DNA of 64,000 nt, from assembly GCA_030651905.1 (NCBI GenBank), contig JAUSBS010000082.1, positions 4,322-68,321 of the forward strand, written 5' to 3'. Shown here piece by piece: positions 1-10,926 of this stretch. How positions within the stretch are numbered: position 1 is the first letter of the stretch; every line of letters begins with the position of its first letter. The notes under the pieces were generated by a model. It was given only the letters and a program-made list of their open reading frames with translations. It was not told the DNA's origin and did not search any database. Origin of the DNA: Coriobacteriia bacterium. Its GTDB lineage: Bacteria; Actinomycetota; Coriobacteriia; Anaerosomatales; PALSA-660. The position numbers and the translations under genes were made by a program.

Positions 1-886
1 TGCGCTCGTCCCTGCGGGCGACCACGACGGCCAGCACCTCGGAGGCGATCATACCGGCCAGAATGAGCGTCGCGCCGGCCCACCCGCGCACGCCGAGGAC
101 CTCCCCCGCCAGCAGCCATCCGAACAGACCGCCGAAGGCCGGCTCAGTGATGAGGATGAGTGCGGTACGCGTGGGTGAGAGGTGGCGCTGGGCGTACGTC
201 TGCACCGCGAACGCCACGGCCGTCGCCAGCACGCCCGTGATCCCGAGCGCGATCCAGACATGCGGGCTCGAGGGCAGCCCCGGTTGCTCGGTCACCAGCC
301 CTATCCCGCCGCACACGACAGCCGCCATGACGAGCTGGACGAACGCGAACGGGCGCGCGTCGTGCCTGCGCCCGATCGAGCCGAGCACGATGATGTGACC
401 CGAGTAGGCCACAGCACATGCCAGCACGTACGTGTCGCCCGTGTTCCAGCCTCCCGCGACCCCACCGCCGGAGAGCAGCCACAGTCCCGCCACCGCCGCG
501 CCGACGCCGAGCCATGCGGTCCAGCGAGGCATCCGGCGAAGGATCACGGCCTGCATGAACGGTGTGATGACGACGAACATCCCGGTGATGAACGCCGCCT
601 TGGAAGGCGACGTCAGCGTCAGTCCGAGCGTCTGGAACACGTAGCCAAGTGTCAGGAAGACGCCGCCGAGAAGCCCGTCACGCAGCGTGCCCGGGCCGAA
701 ACGCCGAAACGTCGACGGGAACAGCGCCGCGAAGGCGACGCACGCTATCGCGAACCGCAGCCCCAGGAACGAGTAGACGGGGTACACGGCCACAGCGCTC
801 TTCACCATGACGAAGGTGGAGCCCCAGACGACCGCGACCGCAACAAGTGCGGCCGAGACGCCCCATTCCTTGCGGGCCGAGCTCAC
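1..886 (-). CDS. EamA/DMT-family transporter (3' end runs off the window start)
   Basis: This gene is absent from the ORF track because its stop lies beyond position 1. Manual reverse translation from GTG at 886 gives VSSARKEWGVSAALVAVAVVWGSTFVMVKSAV...AFAVQTYAQRHLSPTRTALILITEPAFGGLFGWLLAGE. That is multi-TM with two EamA-like halves. The GTG overlaps the rsfS stop (GTGA). Confidence 0.75.
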   Translation of the reverse strand, partial: MSSARKEWGVSAALVAVAVVWGSTFVMVKSAVAVYPVYSFLGLRFAIACVAFAALFPSTFRRFGPGTLRDGLLGGVFLTLGYVFQTLGLTLTSPSKAAFITGMFVVITPFMQAVILRRMPRWTAWLGVGAAVAGLWLLSGGGVAGGWNTGDTYVLACAVAYSGHIIVLGSIGRRHDARPFAFVQLVMAAVVCGGIGLVTEQPGLPSSPHVWIALGITGVLATAVAFAVQTYAQRHLSPTRTALILITEPAFGGLFGWLLAGEVLGVRGWAGATLILAGMIASEVLAVVVARRDER

Positions 887-1299
887 GAGGATGGGCCCTC
901 GGCGCTGTCCTCGGAGGGGGCTTCCGGGCGACTGGCGTTGACGACGTCAGCGGGCAGATCGAGTCGCGGCGCGTCGGACCACAGCTTCTCGAGCCGATAG
1001 AACTCCCGCTCATCGGGCCTGAAGACGTGCACGACGAAGTCCCCGTAGTCGAGCAGTATCCAGCGCTGCTCGCGTTCGCCCTCTCGCCCGATCGGCTTGA
1101 CGCCCGCCTCGCGCAGCGCGTCCTCGATCCCGTCCGCGACGGCGCCCACTTGACGATCGCTCGCTCCCGTGGCGATCAGGAAGTAGTCGGTGATGACGAG
1201 CAACTCGGCGACGCGGATCGCGACCACGTCGACGGCTTTCTTATCGGCTGCGGCATGCGCCGCGATCCGTACCAGCTCTTCGATCTCCAGTGGTTCCAC
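883..1299 (-). CDS. rsfS: ribosome silencing factor RsfS (iojap-like)
   Basis: The 138 aa ORF has VITDYFLIATGASDRQV...WILLDYGDFVVHVF typical of RsfS. It sits in the conserved nadD-yqeK-rsfS neighbourhood. Confidence 0.9.
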   Translation of the reverse strand: MEPLEIEELVRIAAHAAADKKAVDVVAIRVAELLVITDYFLIATGASDRQVGAVADGIEDALREAGVKPIGREGEREQRWILLDYGDFVVHVFRPDEREFYRLEKLWSDAPRLDLPADVVNASRPEAPSEDSAEGPSS

Positions 1300-1326
1300 C
1301 TGCTCTTCGATGAGGTGCCGGGGCCC

Positions 1327-2556
1327 TTACGGCGTTCCCGGCGGCGTGTAGTCGGCGCCGATTATGACGATCACGTCGGCGAGATCCTGAACGTCCGACT
1401 CGACGGCGATCTGCCCGACTCCGAGCGCGTCTTTCACCCGGAGGGCGTCGGCCTGCGTGCCATGGTACAGGAGTATCTTCGTCTGCTTGTAGTCGAAGTT
1501 GTCGGCGTTCTTCGAGTCGACGACGCGCACGCCCAGACGGATCAACTGCTGTGCGGCCTTTCCGGCCACGCCGGGCGTCCCGACACCGTTGTAGAGCATG
1601 ACGCGCAACGCCTGCTTCTGCTGCTCGACGCGAACACCCCACCACTGCAAGACGAGATCGGCGATCTCACCGCGCTGCGGCTCGAAGTAGCGCTCCGTGC
1701 CCACGGTGACCGCCTTGACGGGCATCGGGACGATCCAGACATCCTTGGTCGGCACCTTCGTGAAGAAGGTCTTGAGGTCCTCGCTCTCCTCGGCTGTCAG
1801 ATTGGTCTCGAGCGTGCGATCGAGCAGTCCCGCGACGTCTTGCTGGGTGAGCATCCGCTGATAGACGTCGGCGTCGACGGTCACGTAGCGCTGGAACGGC
1901 ACCATGAGGAAGTTCGATACGGCGTCCATGGAGACGTCAGGTCCCACATGGAAGCTGTCCCCGATCGATTCGAAACCCTGCCCGGGCACTTCGACGAAGG
2001 CGCCGTCGGGGATCGCGATGCCGAGCACCCGCTCGCCCTCGCGCTCGGCCTTCAGCGCAGCAAGGCCGACGGCTTCCTTGTCCTTCACTCCGATGACGAG
2101 GAGGTTCTCCCGTCCGAGCTCGCTCGTGGCCTTCGCCGCGTTCGCGAGCGCGACCCGCCGGGCGTTCCAGCGTGCGAGCGCGTTGACGCCGATGGCCGCG
2201 CCCCACACGAGTCCCACGACGAGCGCGACGGAGATGAGCGCGCCGCCGCCGACCTTGAGCACGCGCACGACACCGGACGTGACGGCGTCCGTGGTCGCAC
2301 CGACCTCCTCGCGAACGCGTTCGGCCTTCGCCTGCCTGCGCAGCTGCTTGCCGCCCTTCGAGGTCCGGCGTGAAGAACGGTAGCCGGCCTTGGTGGGGCG
2401 CGCCTCTTCCTGCTGCTCCTGCGGGAGGGTCCGCTTCGGCGGTGTGCCCGGTGCGCGCTCGACTCGCTCGGCTGCGGGATCGAGTCTGGATGCCTTGTCC
2501 TGCGGGCCCTTCGCATGACCCGATCCGCGTCGGCTCCGACGCTCCGCTGCGCTCAC
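1327..2556 (-). CDS. LCP-like / LytR_C domain membrane protein
   Basis: It has a basic N-terminus, one TM (GGGALISVALVVGLVWGAAIGV) and a degenerate LCP-like core (NLLVIGVKD...IAIPDGAFVEVPGQG). The C-terminal LytR_C-like domain reads LRVMLYNGVGTPGVAGKAAQQL...ILLYHG. The start was moved to GTG 2556, which overlaps the yqeK stop as GTGA; the track start at 2661 would overlap yqeK by more than 100 nt. Confidence 0.7.
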   Translation of the reverse strand: MSAAERRSRRGSGHAKGPQDKASRLDPAAERVERAPGTPPKRTLPQEQQEEARPTKAGYRSSRRTSKGGKQLRRQAKAERVREEVGATTDAVTSGVVRVLKVGGGALISVALVVGLVWGAAIGVNALARWNARRVALANAAKATSELGRENLLVIGVKDKEAVGLAALKAEREGERVLGIAIPDGAFVEVPGQGFESIGDSFHVGPDVSMDAVSNFLMVPFQRYVTVDADVYQRMLTQQDVAGLLDRTLETNLTAEESEDLKTFFTKVPTKDVWIVPMPVKAVTVGTERYFEPQRGEIADLVLQWWGVRVEQQKQALRVMLYNGVGTPGVAGKAAQQLIRLGVRVVDSKNADNFDYKQTKILLYHGTQADALRVKDALGVGQIAVESDVQDLADVIVIIGADYTPPGTP

Positions 2557-3182
2557 GGCCGTTCCCCGTCCTTCGGGCACAATGGCGAGGTGCCGGTCTC
2601 CCGCTCGACCTGGGCCGCCACGAGTGCGGTCATCGGGTGCAGCACGGCGCCCTTCTCGCATACGAACGCGACAGAGCTCGCGTACACATCCCCGAAGACG
2701 GTGTCCAGCGGACAGTTCGCGGCGGTCTCGCGCAACTCCTCGACCCCCGGATAGGCACGTTCGGGCTCGATCGCGTCGGCGATATAGACGACCTTGTCGA
2801 GCGGGGTCATCGGGACGACGCCCACCGTGTGCGCCGCGACAGCGGACAGCACGTCGAGCCGGATCCCGCGGAAGTCCTCGCGCAACTGCTCGGCGGCGAC
2901 CCGCGAGTGGAGAAGATAGGGATGCGCGCGCTCTTCGTCGAGGACGGAGATCCCGTGCATCTCTGCGTACGCCAGCAGGGCTGCGTCCGGCTCCTCACGG
3001 CTCCAGTCGTGCAGCAGTCCGGCGAGCTCCGCAGCCTGCTCGTCGACGCCGAATCGCGCCGCCAACTCGCGGGCAGTGACGGCCGTCCGATCGCAGTGCG
3101 CGGCAGCCCGCGAGCGCAGGCGCGCGTGCACGGCCTCGCGGGCGAGATCGATGGGGATGTCAGATGTCGGCGCCAGGCTCAC
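2553..3182 (-). CDS. yqeK: HD-domain bis(5'-nucleosyl)-tetraphosphatase YqeK
   Basis: The HD-domain motifs GLLHDW and VVYIADAIEP are present, and the gene sits immediately downstream of nadD as in many Gram-positives. Confidence 0.85.
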   Translation of the reverse strand: MSLAPTSDIPIDLAREAVHARLRSRAAAHCDRTAVTARELAARFGVDEQAAELAGLLHDWSREEPDAALLAYAEMHGISVLDEERAHPYLLHSRVAAEQLREDFRGIRLDVLSAVAAHTVGVVPMTPLDKVVYIADAIEPERAYPGVEELRETAANCPLDTVFGDVYASSVAFVCEKGAVLHPMTALVAAQVERETGTSPLCPKDGERP

Positions 3183-3780
3183 CGTACAGTCCGTTCTTGT
3201 CGATGTAGGAGGCCACGGCCTCGGGCAGCAGATACCGCACCGGACGACGCGTCCTGACGCGCTCCCGGATGTCGGAGGACGAGATCGCCAGCGCCGGTAC
3301 TTCCATGTACTCCACCGCCGGCGGCAGCGCCACCGCGCTTGCCGCCGAAAGACCCGTGTCGTAGCCCGGCCGCGTGGCCGCGATGAACGTGCACAGCCCG
3401 ATGAACCGGTCCGCGTCCTTCCAGGTCAGTATCTCGCGAACAGCGTCGGCGCCTGTGATGAAGAAGAGTTCGGCGCCCGCGCCATACTGCGCACGCAGTG
3501 CGGTCATCGTGTCGACCGTGTACGTGTCGCCCGGCCTGTCGATCTCCATGCGCGAGACCTCGAAGTCCGGGTTGCTCGCGGTGGCGATGACCGTCATGAG
3601 GTAGCGGTCCTCGGCCGATGAGACGTGCCGGTGCGTCTTGCGGACCGGCTGACCGGTCGGCATGAACACCACGCGGTCGAGGTTGAACTGTACGAGCGCC
3701 TCGTCGGCTGCGACGAGGTGCCCGAAATGGATCGGGTCGAACGTCCCGCCCATGACGCCCAGTCGCAGGGTCTTCCTCAC
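3160..3780 (-). CDS. nadD: nicotinate-nucleotide adenylyltransferase
   Basis: It carries the GVMGGTFDPIHFGHL nucleotidyltransferase motif and the C-terminal ISSSDIR motif. Confidence 0.92.
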   Translation of the reverse strand: MRKTLRLGVMGGTFDPIHFGHLVAADEALVQFNLDRVVFMPTGQPVRKTHRHVSSAEDRYLMTVIATASNPDFEVSRMEIDRPGDTYTVDTMTALRAQYGAGAELFFITGADAVREILTWKDADRFIGLCTFIAATRPGYDTGLSAASAVALPPAVEYMEVPALAISSSDIRERVRTRRPVRYLLPEAVASYIDKNGLYGEPGADI

Positions 3781-3796
3781 GGTGTCGCTCCGGCCC

Positions 3797-5089
3797 TCAC
3801 TCGCGGATCTGCCCGTCGCCCATGGCGAGCCACTTCGTCGAGGTCAGCGCCGAGAGACCCATCGGGCCCCTGGCGTGCAGCTTCTGCGTGGAGATACCTA
3901 TCTCGGCGCCCAGACCGAACTCGCCGCCGTCGGTGAACCGTGTCGAAGCGTTCACGTAGACCGCGGCCGCGTCGACCTCCGATAGGAAGCGCTGCGCAGC
4001 GGCGTAGTCCCGTGTGACGATCGCCTCGGAGTGGCTCGACCCATAGGTGTTGATGTGCGCGATCGCCTCATCGATACCGGTGACGACCTTGCACGCGATC
4101 TTCAAGTCGAGGTACTCGGTCTCCCAGTCGGTCTCGGTGGCCGGCTGGATGCGTGTCACCGCGCCAAGGGAGCGACACTTCTCGTCACCGAAGATGGTGA
4201 CCCCGCCGGCCTCGAGCGCCTTGAGGATGGGTGGCAGCACCGTCGCATATACCGCCTCGTCGATCAGCAGCGTCTCGGCCGCGTTGCACACGCCGGGCCT
4301 GCTGCACTTGGCGTTGACCGCGATCCGCTTCGCCATCTCGGGATCTGCCGTCTCATGTACGTAGACGTGGCAGTTGCCAACGCCGGTCTCGATGACCGGC
4401 ACTTTCGAGTTCTCCACCACGCTGCGGATGAGACCGGCGCCGCCTCGGGGGATCAGCACGTCGATGAGCCCGTGAAGGGACATCAGCTGCTCGGTGGCCG
4501 CATGGTCCGTCGACTCGACGTAGGCGATGCATCCTTCGGGCAGGCCGGCCCCTACGGCCGCGGCCGCCAGAACGCGGGCGAGCGAGAGGCATGACTCGTA
4601 GGCGAGGGATCCGCCGCGCAGGATGCAGGCGTTGCCCGTCTTGATGCACAGCGCCGCAGCGTCGGCGGTGACGTTGGGGCGTGCCTCGTAGATCATTGCC
4701 ACGACGCCGAGCGGCACACGGATCTGGCGCAGACCGATACCGTTGGCCAGCGTATGCCCGGAGATGACCTCGCCGATGGGATCCGGGAGCAATGCGAGCC
4801 CCTTGATCGACTCGGAGATCGACTTGAGGCGCTGAGGATCGAGCTCGAGACGGTCGAGAAGTGAAGCGGACGTACCCTTCGCCCGGGCCGCCTCCATGTC
4901 CTTGGCGTTGGCGGCGAGGATGTCGTCCTGCCGCGCGATGAGCGCGTGGGACATCGCCAGCAAGGCGCGATCGCGCTGTCGTGTCGAGGTCGCCGCGAGG
5001 CGCCGCGAGGCATCCTTCGCGCGTAGTGCGAGGTCTTTCACGTCCGGCATCCGCGACTCCGTCCCCGTCGACGCACCGTGACCAGACAA
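3797..5089 (-). CDS. proA: glutamate-5-semialdehyde dehydrogenase (gamma-glutamyl phosphate reductase)
   Basis: This is a 430 aa aldehyde-dehydrogenase-fold protein with ProA-typical NASTRFTDGGEFGLGAEIGISTQKLHARGPMG. An alternative start is Met14 (5050). Confidence 0.95.
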   Translation of the reverse strand: MSGHGASTGTESRMPDVKDLALRAKDASRRLAATSTRQRDRALLAMSHALIARQDDILAANAKDMEAARAKGTSASLLDRLELDPQRLKSISESIKGLALLPDPIGEVISGHTLANGIGLRQIRVPLGVVAMIYEARPNVTADAAALCIKTGNACILRGGSLAYESCLSLARVLAAAAVGAGLPEGCIAYVESTDHAATEQLMSLHGLIDVLIPRGGAGLIRSVVENSKVPVIETGVGNCHVYVHETADPEMAKRIAVNAKCSRPGVCNAAETLLIDEAVYATVLPPILKALEAGGVTIFGDEKCRSLGAVTRIQPATETDWETEYLDLKIACKVVTGIDEAIAHINTYGSSHSEAIVTRDYAAAQRFLSEVDAAAVYVNASTRFTDGGEFGLGAEIGISTQKLHARGPMGLSALTSTKWLAMGDGQIRE

Positions 5090-5106
5090 GTCCCGGCGTG
5101 TCTCCC

Positions 5107-6213
5107 CTACAGTATGACGAGGCGGTCCCGATGGACCACCTCGAGCCCCACGAGTCCGGGAGCGACACTACCTATGTCCGAGCTCTTGAGGCCCTTGATG
5201 CGGTCGAGGTCGATGGACGAGATGTCCGCGAGGCCGCGAGCGAGTTGGCGTCCGTTCGCATCCACGATGGCGATCGGGTCACCGATGAGCCAGACACCCT
5301 CGACCCGGACCACGCCGGCGGGGAGCAGGCTCTTGCCGCGCAAGCATAGCGCGTCGGTCGCGCCGGAGTCCACGACGACGGAGCCCTTCGGATGGCGTGC
5401 GAAGGCGATCCACAACTTGCGTGCCTCGACCTCGCCCTCCCCGCCCGCGAAGTAGGTGCCGACCGGTTCACCGTGGAAGGCGTCGACGAGCACGTTGGTG
5501 CGAGCCCCGTCGCACACCACCATCGGCACGCCGGCCTTCATGAGGATGCGTGCCGCCTCGAGTTTCGTGACCATGCCACCTGAGCCGCCCTCGGTCCCGG
5601 CTCCGCCGGCGGCCGCGAGCATCTCGTCGGTCAGTTCGTCCACATGCTCGAGCAGCTCGGCGCCCTCCGCGGTACGCGGGTCGGCGTCGTAGAGGCCTTC
5701 GATGTCGGTCAGCAGCACGACGAGGTCCGCGTGCACCATGACGCCCACGAGCGCGGCCAGTGTGTCGTTGTCGCCGAACCGGATCTCCTCGACCGCCGTC
5801 GTGTCGTTCTCGTTCACGATCGGCACGATACCCATCTCCAGGAGCCGCTCGAGCGTGCGACACGCGAAGAGGTATGCCTGGCGGTGACCGGTATCGTGAC
5901 GCGTGAGCAGTACCTGTGCGATCTGTGCACCGGCTTCGCCGAGGACTTCGGCGTACTGTCCGATCAGGCGCACCTGCCCGATGGCGGCGGTGGCCTGGAG
6001 CCCCGTGAGATCGGACGGACGTCCCGGCATGTGCATCGCCTCGACGCCTGCCGCGATCGCTCCGGACGACACGACCACCACATGGGCGCCCTCGGAGCGC
6101 AGCACGGCGATCTGAGCTGCGAGTGAAGCGAGCCAGCGCCGATCCACGCGCCCGTCAGGACCCGTGAGTGTCGAGGTGCCGACCTTGACGACTATCCGCT
6201 TTCCCCGTGCCAT
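5107..6213 (-). CDS. proB: glutamate 5-kinase with PUA domain
   Basis: It starts KRIVVKVGTSTL as an amino-acid kinase fold and ends in a PUA-like domain. It lies directly upstream of proA. Confidence 0.95.
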   Translation of the reverse strand: MARGKRIVVKVGTSTLTGPDGRVDRRWLASLAAQIAVLRSEGAHVVVVSSGAIAAGVEAMHMPGRPSDLTGLQATAAIGQVRLIGQYAEVLGEAGAQIAQVLLTRHDTGHRQAYLFACRTLERLLEMGIVPIVNENDTTAVEEIRFGDNDTLAALVGVMVHADLVVLLTDIEGLYDADPRTAEGAELLEHVDELTDEMLAAAGGAGTEGGSGGMVTKLEAARILMKAGVPMVVCDGARTNVLVDAFHGEPVGTYFAGGEGEVEARKLWIAFARHPKGSVVVDSGATDALCLRGKSLLPAGVVRVEGVWLIGDPIAIVDANGRQLARGLADISSIDLDRIKGLKSSDIGSVAPGLVGLEVVHRDRLVIL

Positions 6214-6302
6214 GGAAGGGCCCCCGCCCGCGCCGCGTGACTTCCCTTGCGGCCATGGTACCGGAAGCGCTGTGGGGACGCCCGGCGCCGGGGAGCGCGC
6301 GG

Positions 6303-7607
<1,305 letters not shown>

Positions 7608-7720
7608 TCACCCGAGTGGCCTTGGAGCCTCTCGATGTCTGCTGCCTGACACGACGAACCCTCCGGCCACATTTCTAGCGGCGGAGGGTCCGGCACGTGT
7701 CCATGCAAGGAAGTGGTCGT

Positions 7721-7972
7721 CTACCCCAAGGGGTGGACGTGGACGTGGCGCTTGAGACCGCGCGTGAACGCGACCGTGCCCGCGATCTTCGCGAACAGCG
7801 TGTCGTCTCCGCCGCGGCCGACGTTCTCGCCCGGGTGGAAGTGCGTGCCGCGCTGGCGCACCAGGATGGAGCCGGCCGTCACGATCTGACCGGCGAACCG
7901 CTTGACGCCAAGGCGCTTGGACTTGGAGTCGCGGCCGTTCTTGGTGGAACCGAGGCCCTTCTTATGTGCCAT
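7721..7972 (-). CDS. rpmA: 50S ribosomal protein L27
   Basis: The sequence [29 protein letters not shown] is canonical L27. Confidence 0.97.
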   Translation of the reverse strand: MAHKKGLGSTKNGRDSKSKRLGVKRFAGQIVTAGSILVRQRGTHFHPGENVGRGGDDTLFAKIAGTVAFTRGLKRHVHVHPLG

Positions 7973-8003
7973 CTCGCTACCTCTTCGGTCTCATCCGGCC
8001 GGA

Positions 8004-8618
8004 CTACTCGGCGGGCTTGGTGGTCTTCTTGGCCGCCGGCTTCTTGGCGGCTACGGGCTTCTTCGCGGCTGCCGGCTTCTTCGCTACCGCGGGCTTGGCG
8101 GCGGCCTTCGGAGCAGCAGCCTTCTTCGCAACAGGCTTCTTCGCGGCTGCGGGCTTCTCGGCTGCCTCTACCTTGGCGGCGGCCTTCGGAGCAGCAGCCT
8201 TCTTCGCGACGGGCTTCTTCGCGGCTGCGGGCTTCACAGCGGCGGCCTTCTCGACCTTCGACTCGACGACTGCCTCAACGGAGTCCGTCTTCTTGGCGGC
8301 CTTCTTGGCACCGGCGACCGAGATGTCGGTGATCTTGACGAGGGTCAGCGACTGACGGTGCCCGCGGAGTGTCTTGGAGCCCTTGCGCTTGCGGAACTTG
8401 AACACGAGCGTCTTATCCGCCTTGCCATGGCCGAGAACCTCACCTGTGACGGTGGCGGTCGCCGCCTCGGCGCCGGCGAGGATCTTCTCGTCGTCGTTGA
8501 TGAACAGGACGGGGAAGGTGACGGTCGCGCCGGGAGCCGCGTCGAGCTTCTCGACGGAGATGGTCTCGCCGACCGCGACCGTGTGCTGCTTGCCGCCGGT
8601 CTTTACCACTGCGTACAT
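8004..8618 (-). CDS. rplU: 50S ribosomal protein L21 with about 100 aa Lys/Ala/Pro-rich C-terminal tail
   Basis: The core MYAVVKTGGKQHTV...FKFRKRKGSKTLRGHRQ is L21, so the start is set at that Met (8618) rather than the track start 8669. Residues from about 101 to 204 are AKKPAAAKK-type low complexity. Confidence 0.9.
   Translation of the reverse strand: MYAVVKTGGKQHTVAVGETISVEKLDAAPGATVTFPVLFINDDEKILAGAEAATATVTGEVLGHGKADKTLVFKFRKRKGSKTLRGHRQSLTLVKITDISVAGAKKAAKKTDSVEAVVESKVEKAAAVKPAAAKKPVAKKAAAPKAAAKVEAAEKPAAAKKPVAKKAAAPKAAAKPAVAKKPAAAKKPVAAKKPAAKKTTKPAE
8094..8234 (-). repeat. tandem duplication inside the L21 tail (KPAAAKKPVAKKAAAPKAAAK twice, 26-aa period)
   Basis: The peptide KPAAAKKPVAKKAAAPKAAAK occurs at L21 residues 129-149 and 155-175, and the nucleotide sequence is near-identical between the two copies. 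Confidence 0.8.
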
Positions 8619-8730
8619 GAGCTTGTCGCCCTTACTCTCGGTTGATTGCGCGAGGCGGTATGTTACCACAGGCCGCTACGTGCGCAAACCCCGCGTAACG
8701 CCACCGGGCGTGTCTTCGGAAGCGCGGTCC

Positions 8731-10221
8731 CTACCGGAGCGCGCGCTCGATCGTACCCGCGCGTCCCTCGATGAGGATGCGCACGTCGCCGGGGCCGCAG
8801 TCGGGGTCGGCGACGATGGCCACCTGCTTCTTCGTCTCGGCCCGCAGCGACGCGACAACGTTCTGACCGGGCGCGTTCACGATCGAATAGGTCTCCGGAT
8901 GCAGCCCGAAGAGATACGCGGCCGACTTGCCGCCGCGGAGCACCTCGCGCATGCGGCGCTCGGCCATGATCCTGCGTGTCGACTCCGAGAGCACCCTCCC
9001 CTGCCCGTGGCAGGTCGGGCACGGGTCGGTCAGCGTGTCGGTCAGCCCATCGGTCACGTTCTTGCGCGTCATCTCGACAAGCCCCAGCCGCGAGATCTCC
9101 ATCACGCGCGTCTTGGTGCGGTCGCGCTCCATGGCCGTGGTCAGCCGGGTGAAGACCTCCGCACGATGGAACTGATCCTCCATATCGATGAAGTCGATCA
9201 CGATGATGCCGCCTATGTCGCGCAGGCGCAGCTGCCGAACGACCTCCTCGGCCGCTTCAAGGTTGGTCTTCAGGATGGTCTCTTCGAGACTCTTGCGCCC
9301 GGTGAACTTGCCCGTGTTGACGTCGATGGCGGTGAGCGCCTCGGTCTGGTCTATGGCGATGTAGCCGCCGGACGGGAGCCGGACCGCGCGGTCGAGCACC
9401 GTCGCGACCTGGTCGTTCAGGGCGAAGTAGTCGAAGAGCGGCACCTTCTCGCGGAACAGCTGGACTTGCCTGGTCAGGTTCGGCGAGGTCTTCTTCAGGA
9501 ACGAGACGACCTTCTCGAACACGCCCTTGTCGTCCACGAGCAGCCGCCGGAAGTCCTCACCGAAGACGTCCCGGACGAATCGCAGGGCAAGGTCCATCTC
9601 CGTATAGATCACTTCGGGCGGCAGCGCCTCGAGCGCCTGGTGCTGGACGCGCTTCCACAGCCGCTGCAGGAACTCGAGGTCGGCGAGCAGGTCCTTCTCC
9701 GACGCGCCGGTCGCAGCAGTGCGCACGATGAGCCCGACGCCCTTCGGCGCGCGGTCATCGATGATCGAGTGGAGGCGCTCCCGCTCGGGCTCCGGGAGCT
9801 TGCGGGAGATCCCGACGAAGTCGGAGAACGGCATGAGCACGAGAAAGCGTCCCGGCAAGGTCATGTCCGTCGTGACGCGCGCGCCCTTCGTCCCCATCGG
9901 GTCCTTGAGCACCTGCACCATGATCTGCTGGCCGGACTTGAGCATCGCCTGGATGTCCCGCCGCGGCAGGTCCTCGATGCCCTCCGGCGCGACCACCTCA
10001 TCGACGTAGAGGAACGCGTTCTTCTCGAGTCCGATGTCGACGAACGCCGCCTGCATGCCCGGGAGGACGTCCTTCACCCGGGCCAGGTAGACGTTCCCGA
10101 CCACGGAGCGCTTCGCGCGTTCTATGTAGTACTCGACGAGCCTGCCGTCCTCGAGCACGGCGACGCGCGTCTCGGACGGATCGTGGGAGATCAACATCTC
10201 CCGCACTATGTCGGCCAACAC
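8731..10221 (-). CDS. Rne/Rng-family ribonuclease (RNase G/E catalytic domain only)
   Basis: An S1 domain (VGNVYLARVKDVLPGMQAAFVDIG) is followed by the DNase-I-like and Zn-link regions (CPTCHGQG). At 496 aa it has no long scaffold tail. Confidence 0.88.
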   Translation of the reverse strand: MLADIVREMLISHDPSETRVAVLEDGRLVEYYIERAKRSVVGNVYLARVKDVLPGMQAAFVDIGLEKNAFLYVDEVVAPEGIEDLPRRDIQAMLKSGQQIMVQVLKDPMGTKGARVTTDMTLPGRFLVLMPFSDFVGISRKLPEPERERLHSIIDDRAPKGVGLIVRTAATGASEKDLLADLEFLQRLWKRVQHQALEALPPEVIYTEMDLALRFVRDVFGEDFRRLLVDDKGVFEKVVSFLKKTSPNLTRQVQLFREKVPLFDYFALNDQVATVLDRAVRLPSGGYIAIDQTEALTAIDVNTGKFTGRKSLEETILKTNLEAAEEVVRQLRLRDIGGIIVIDFIDMEDQFHRAEVFTRLTTAMERDRTKTRVMEISRLGLVEMTRKNVTDGLTDTLTDPCPTCHGQGRVLSESTRRIMAERRMREVLRGGKSAAYLFGLHPETYSIVNAPGQNVVASLRAETKKQVAIVADPDCGPGDVRILIEGRAGTIERALR

Positions 10222-10254
10222 CGCTCCTCTTTCGGGGTCGCGCAGCGCTTCTCG

Positions 10255-10926
10255 CTACGACTCCCCTTCCGGGCGGAGACCGGTACGCGTCACGGATGTG
10301 ACGGCACCATCGGCTGACGTGCGGCGGATCGCTTCGGATATGAAGGCCTCGGGGCGAAGGGTCCCCGACGCGCCCATGCGCGTCGTCATGCGGACCATGC
10401 TGCCTCCGGGATACTCCCCGACGGTCGGCTCCTTCGGGAGGAAGACCGCCAGGTCGAAAACCTTGGGTGTGCCCTTGTGCTGAAGCGTCAGCTTTCCGTC
10501 GGCCAGAACGGCCTCCAAGCCAGTCCTCACGCGATCCGGACCTGCATCCGGACCCCCTACCACCACCTCGTATTCCGCCAGGGTGAGCGCCGCAGTCAAC
10601 GACGGCTCCCGCTCCGACACATAGCGCGCCTCGATCGGCGCGAGTCCGTCCGGGGTCGCCCTCCGCAGTTCGCCGAGTGCATCCGCCGGCGGCAGGTACC
10701 GTGTCAGCCACACGTCGTAGCTCTCCGCGAGCCCCGCCGTCCCCACCGGCAGAGCAGGCCCGAAGGCCACCTTCATACGCGGGTTGAACCCCTGCGTCAC
10801 AGCATACGCCAGTCCCGCGCGTCGTACAGACCGCTCCGACGCATGGGTCACCTCGAGATGCGACAGGAAGCGCAGTCGACCGGTCTTGCCGTAGGTGACG
10901 CGGAGGCGGAACGTCGTGTCAGCCAC
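10255..10926 (-). CDS. TIGR03936-family radical-SAM-associated protein (DUF2344)
   Basis: The sequence FRLRVTYGKTGRLRFLSHLE...GFNPRMKVAFGPALPVG is typical of this family. The start is set at GTG 10926, 3 nt after the upstream stop. Confidence 0.8.
   Translation of the reverse strand: MADTTFRLRVTYGKTGRLRFLSHLEVTHASERSVRRAGLAYAVTQGFNPRMKVAFGPALPVGTAGLAESYDVWLTRYLPPADALGELRRATPDGLAPIEARYVSEREPSLTAALTLAEYEVVVGGPDAGPDRVRTGLEAVLADGKLTLQHKGTPKVFDLAVFLPKEPTVGEYPGGSMVRMTTRMGASGTLRPEAFISEAIRRTSADGAVTSVTRTGLRPEGES

Noticed and set aside
847-2373. Very long ORFs on the strand opposite to recognisable genes (for example 847-2373 +, 8374-10317 +, 18300-19832 +, 25467-27041 +, 42129-43460 +, 43691-44854 -, 48408-49553 -, 51214-52536 -).
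   Set aside because: Their translations are Arg/Gly/Pro/Asp-rich with no recognisable motifs, and each lies antisense to a gene with clear family signatures. Stop-codon-poor antisense frames are expected in GC-rich DNA.
7966-8355. A plus-strand ORF with FFAAAGF repeats.
   Set aside because: It is the antisense image of the Lys/Ala-rich tail of L21.
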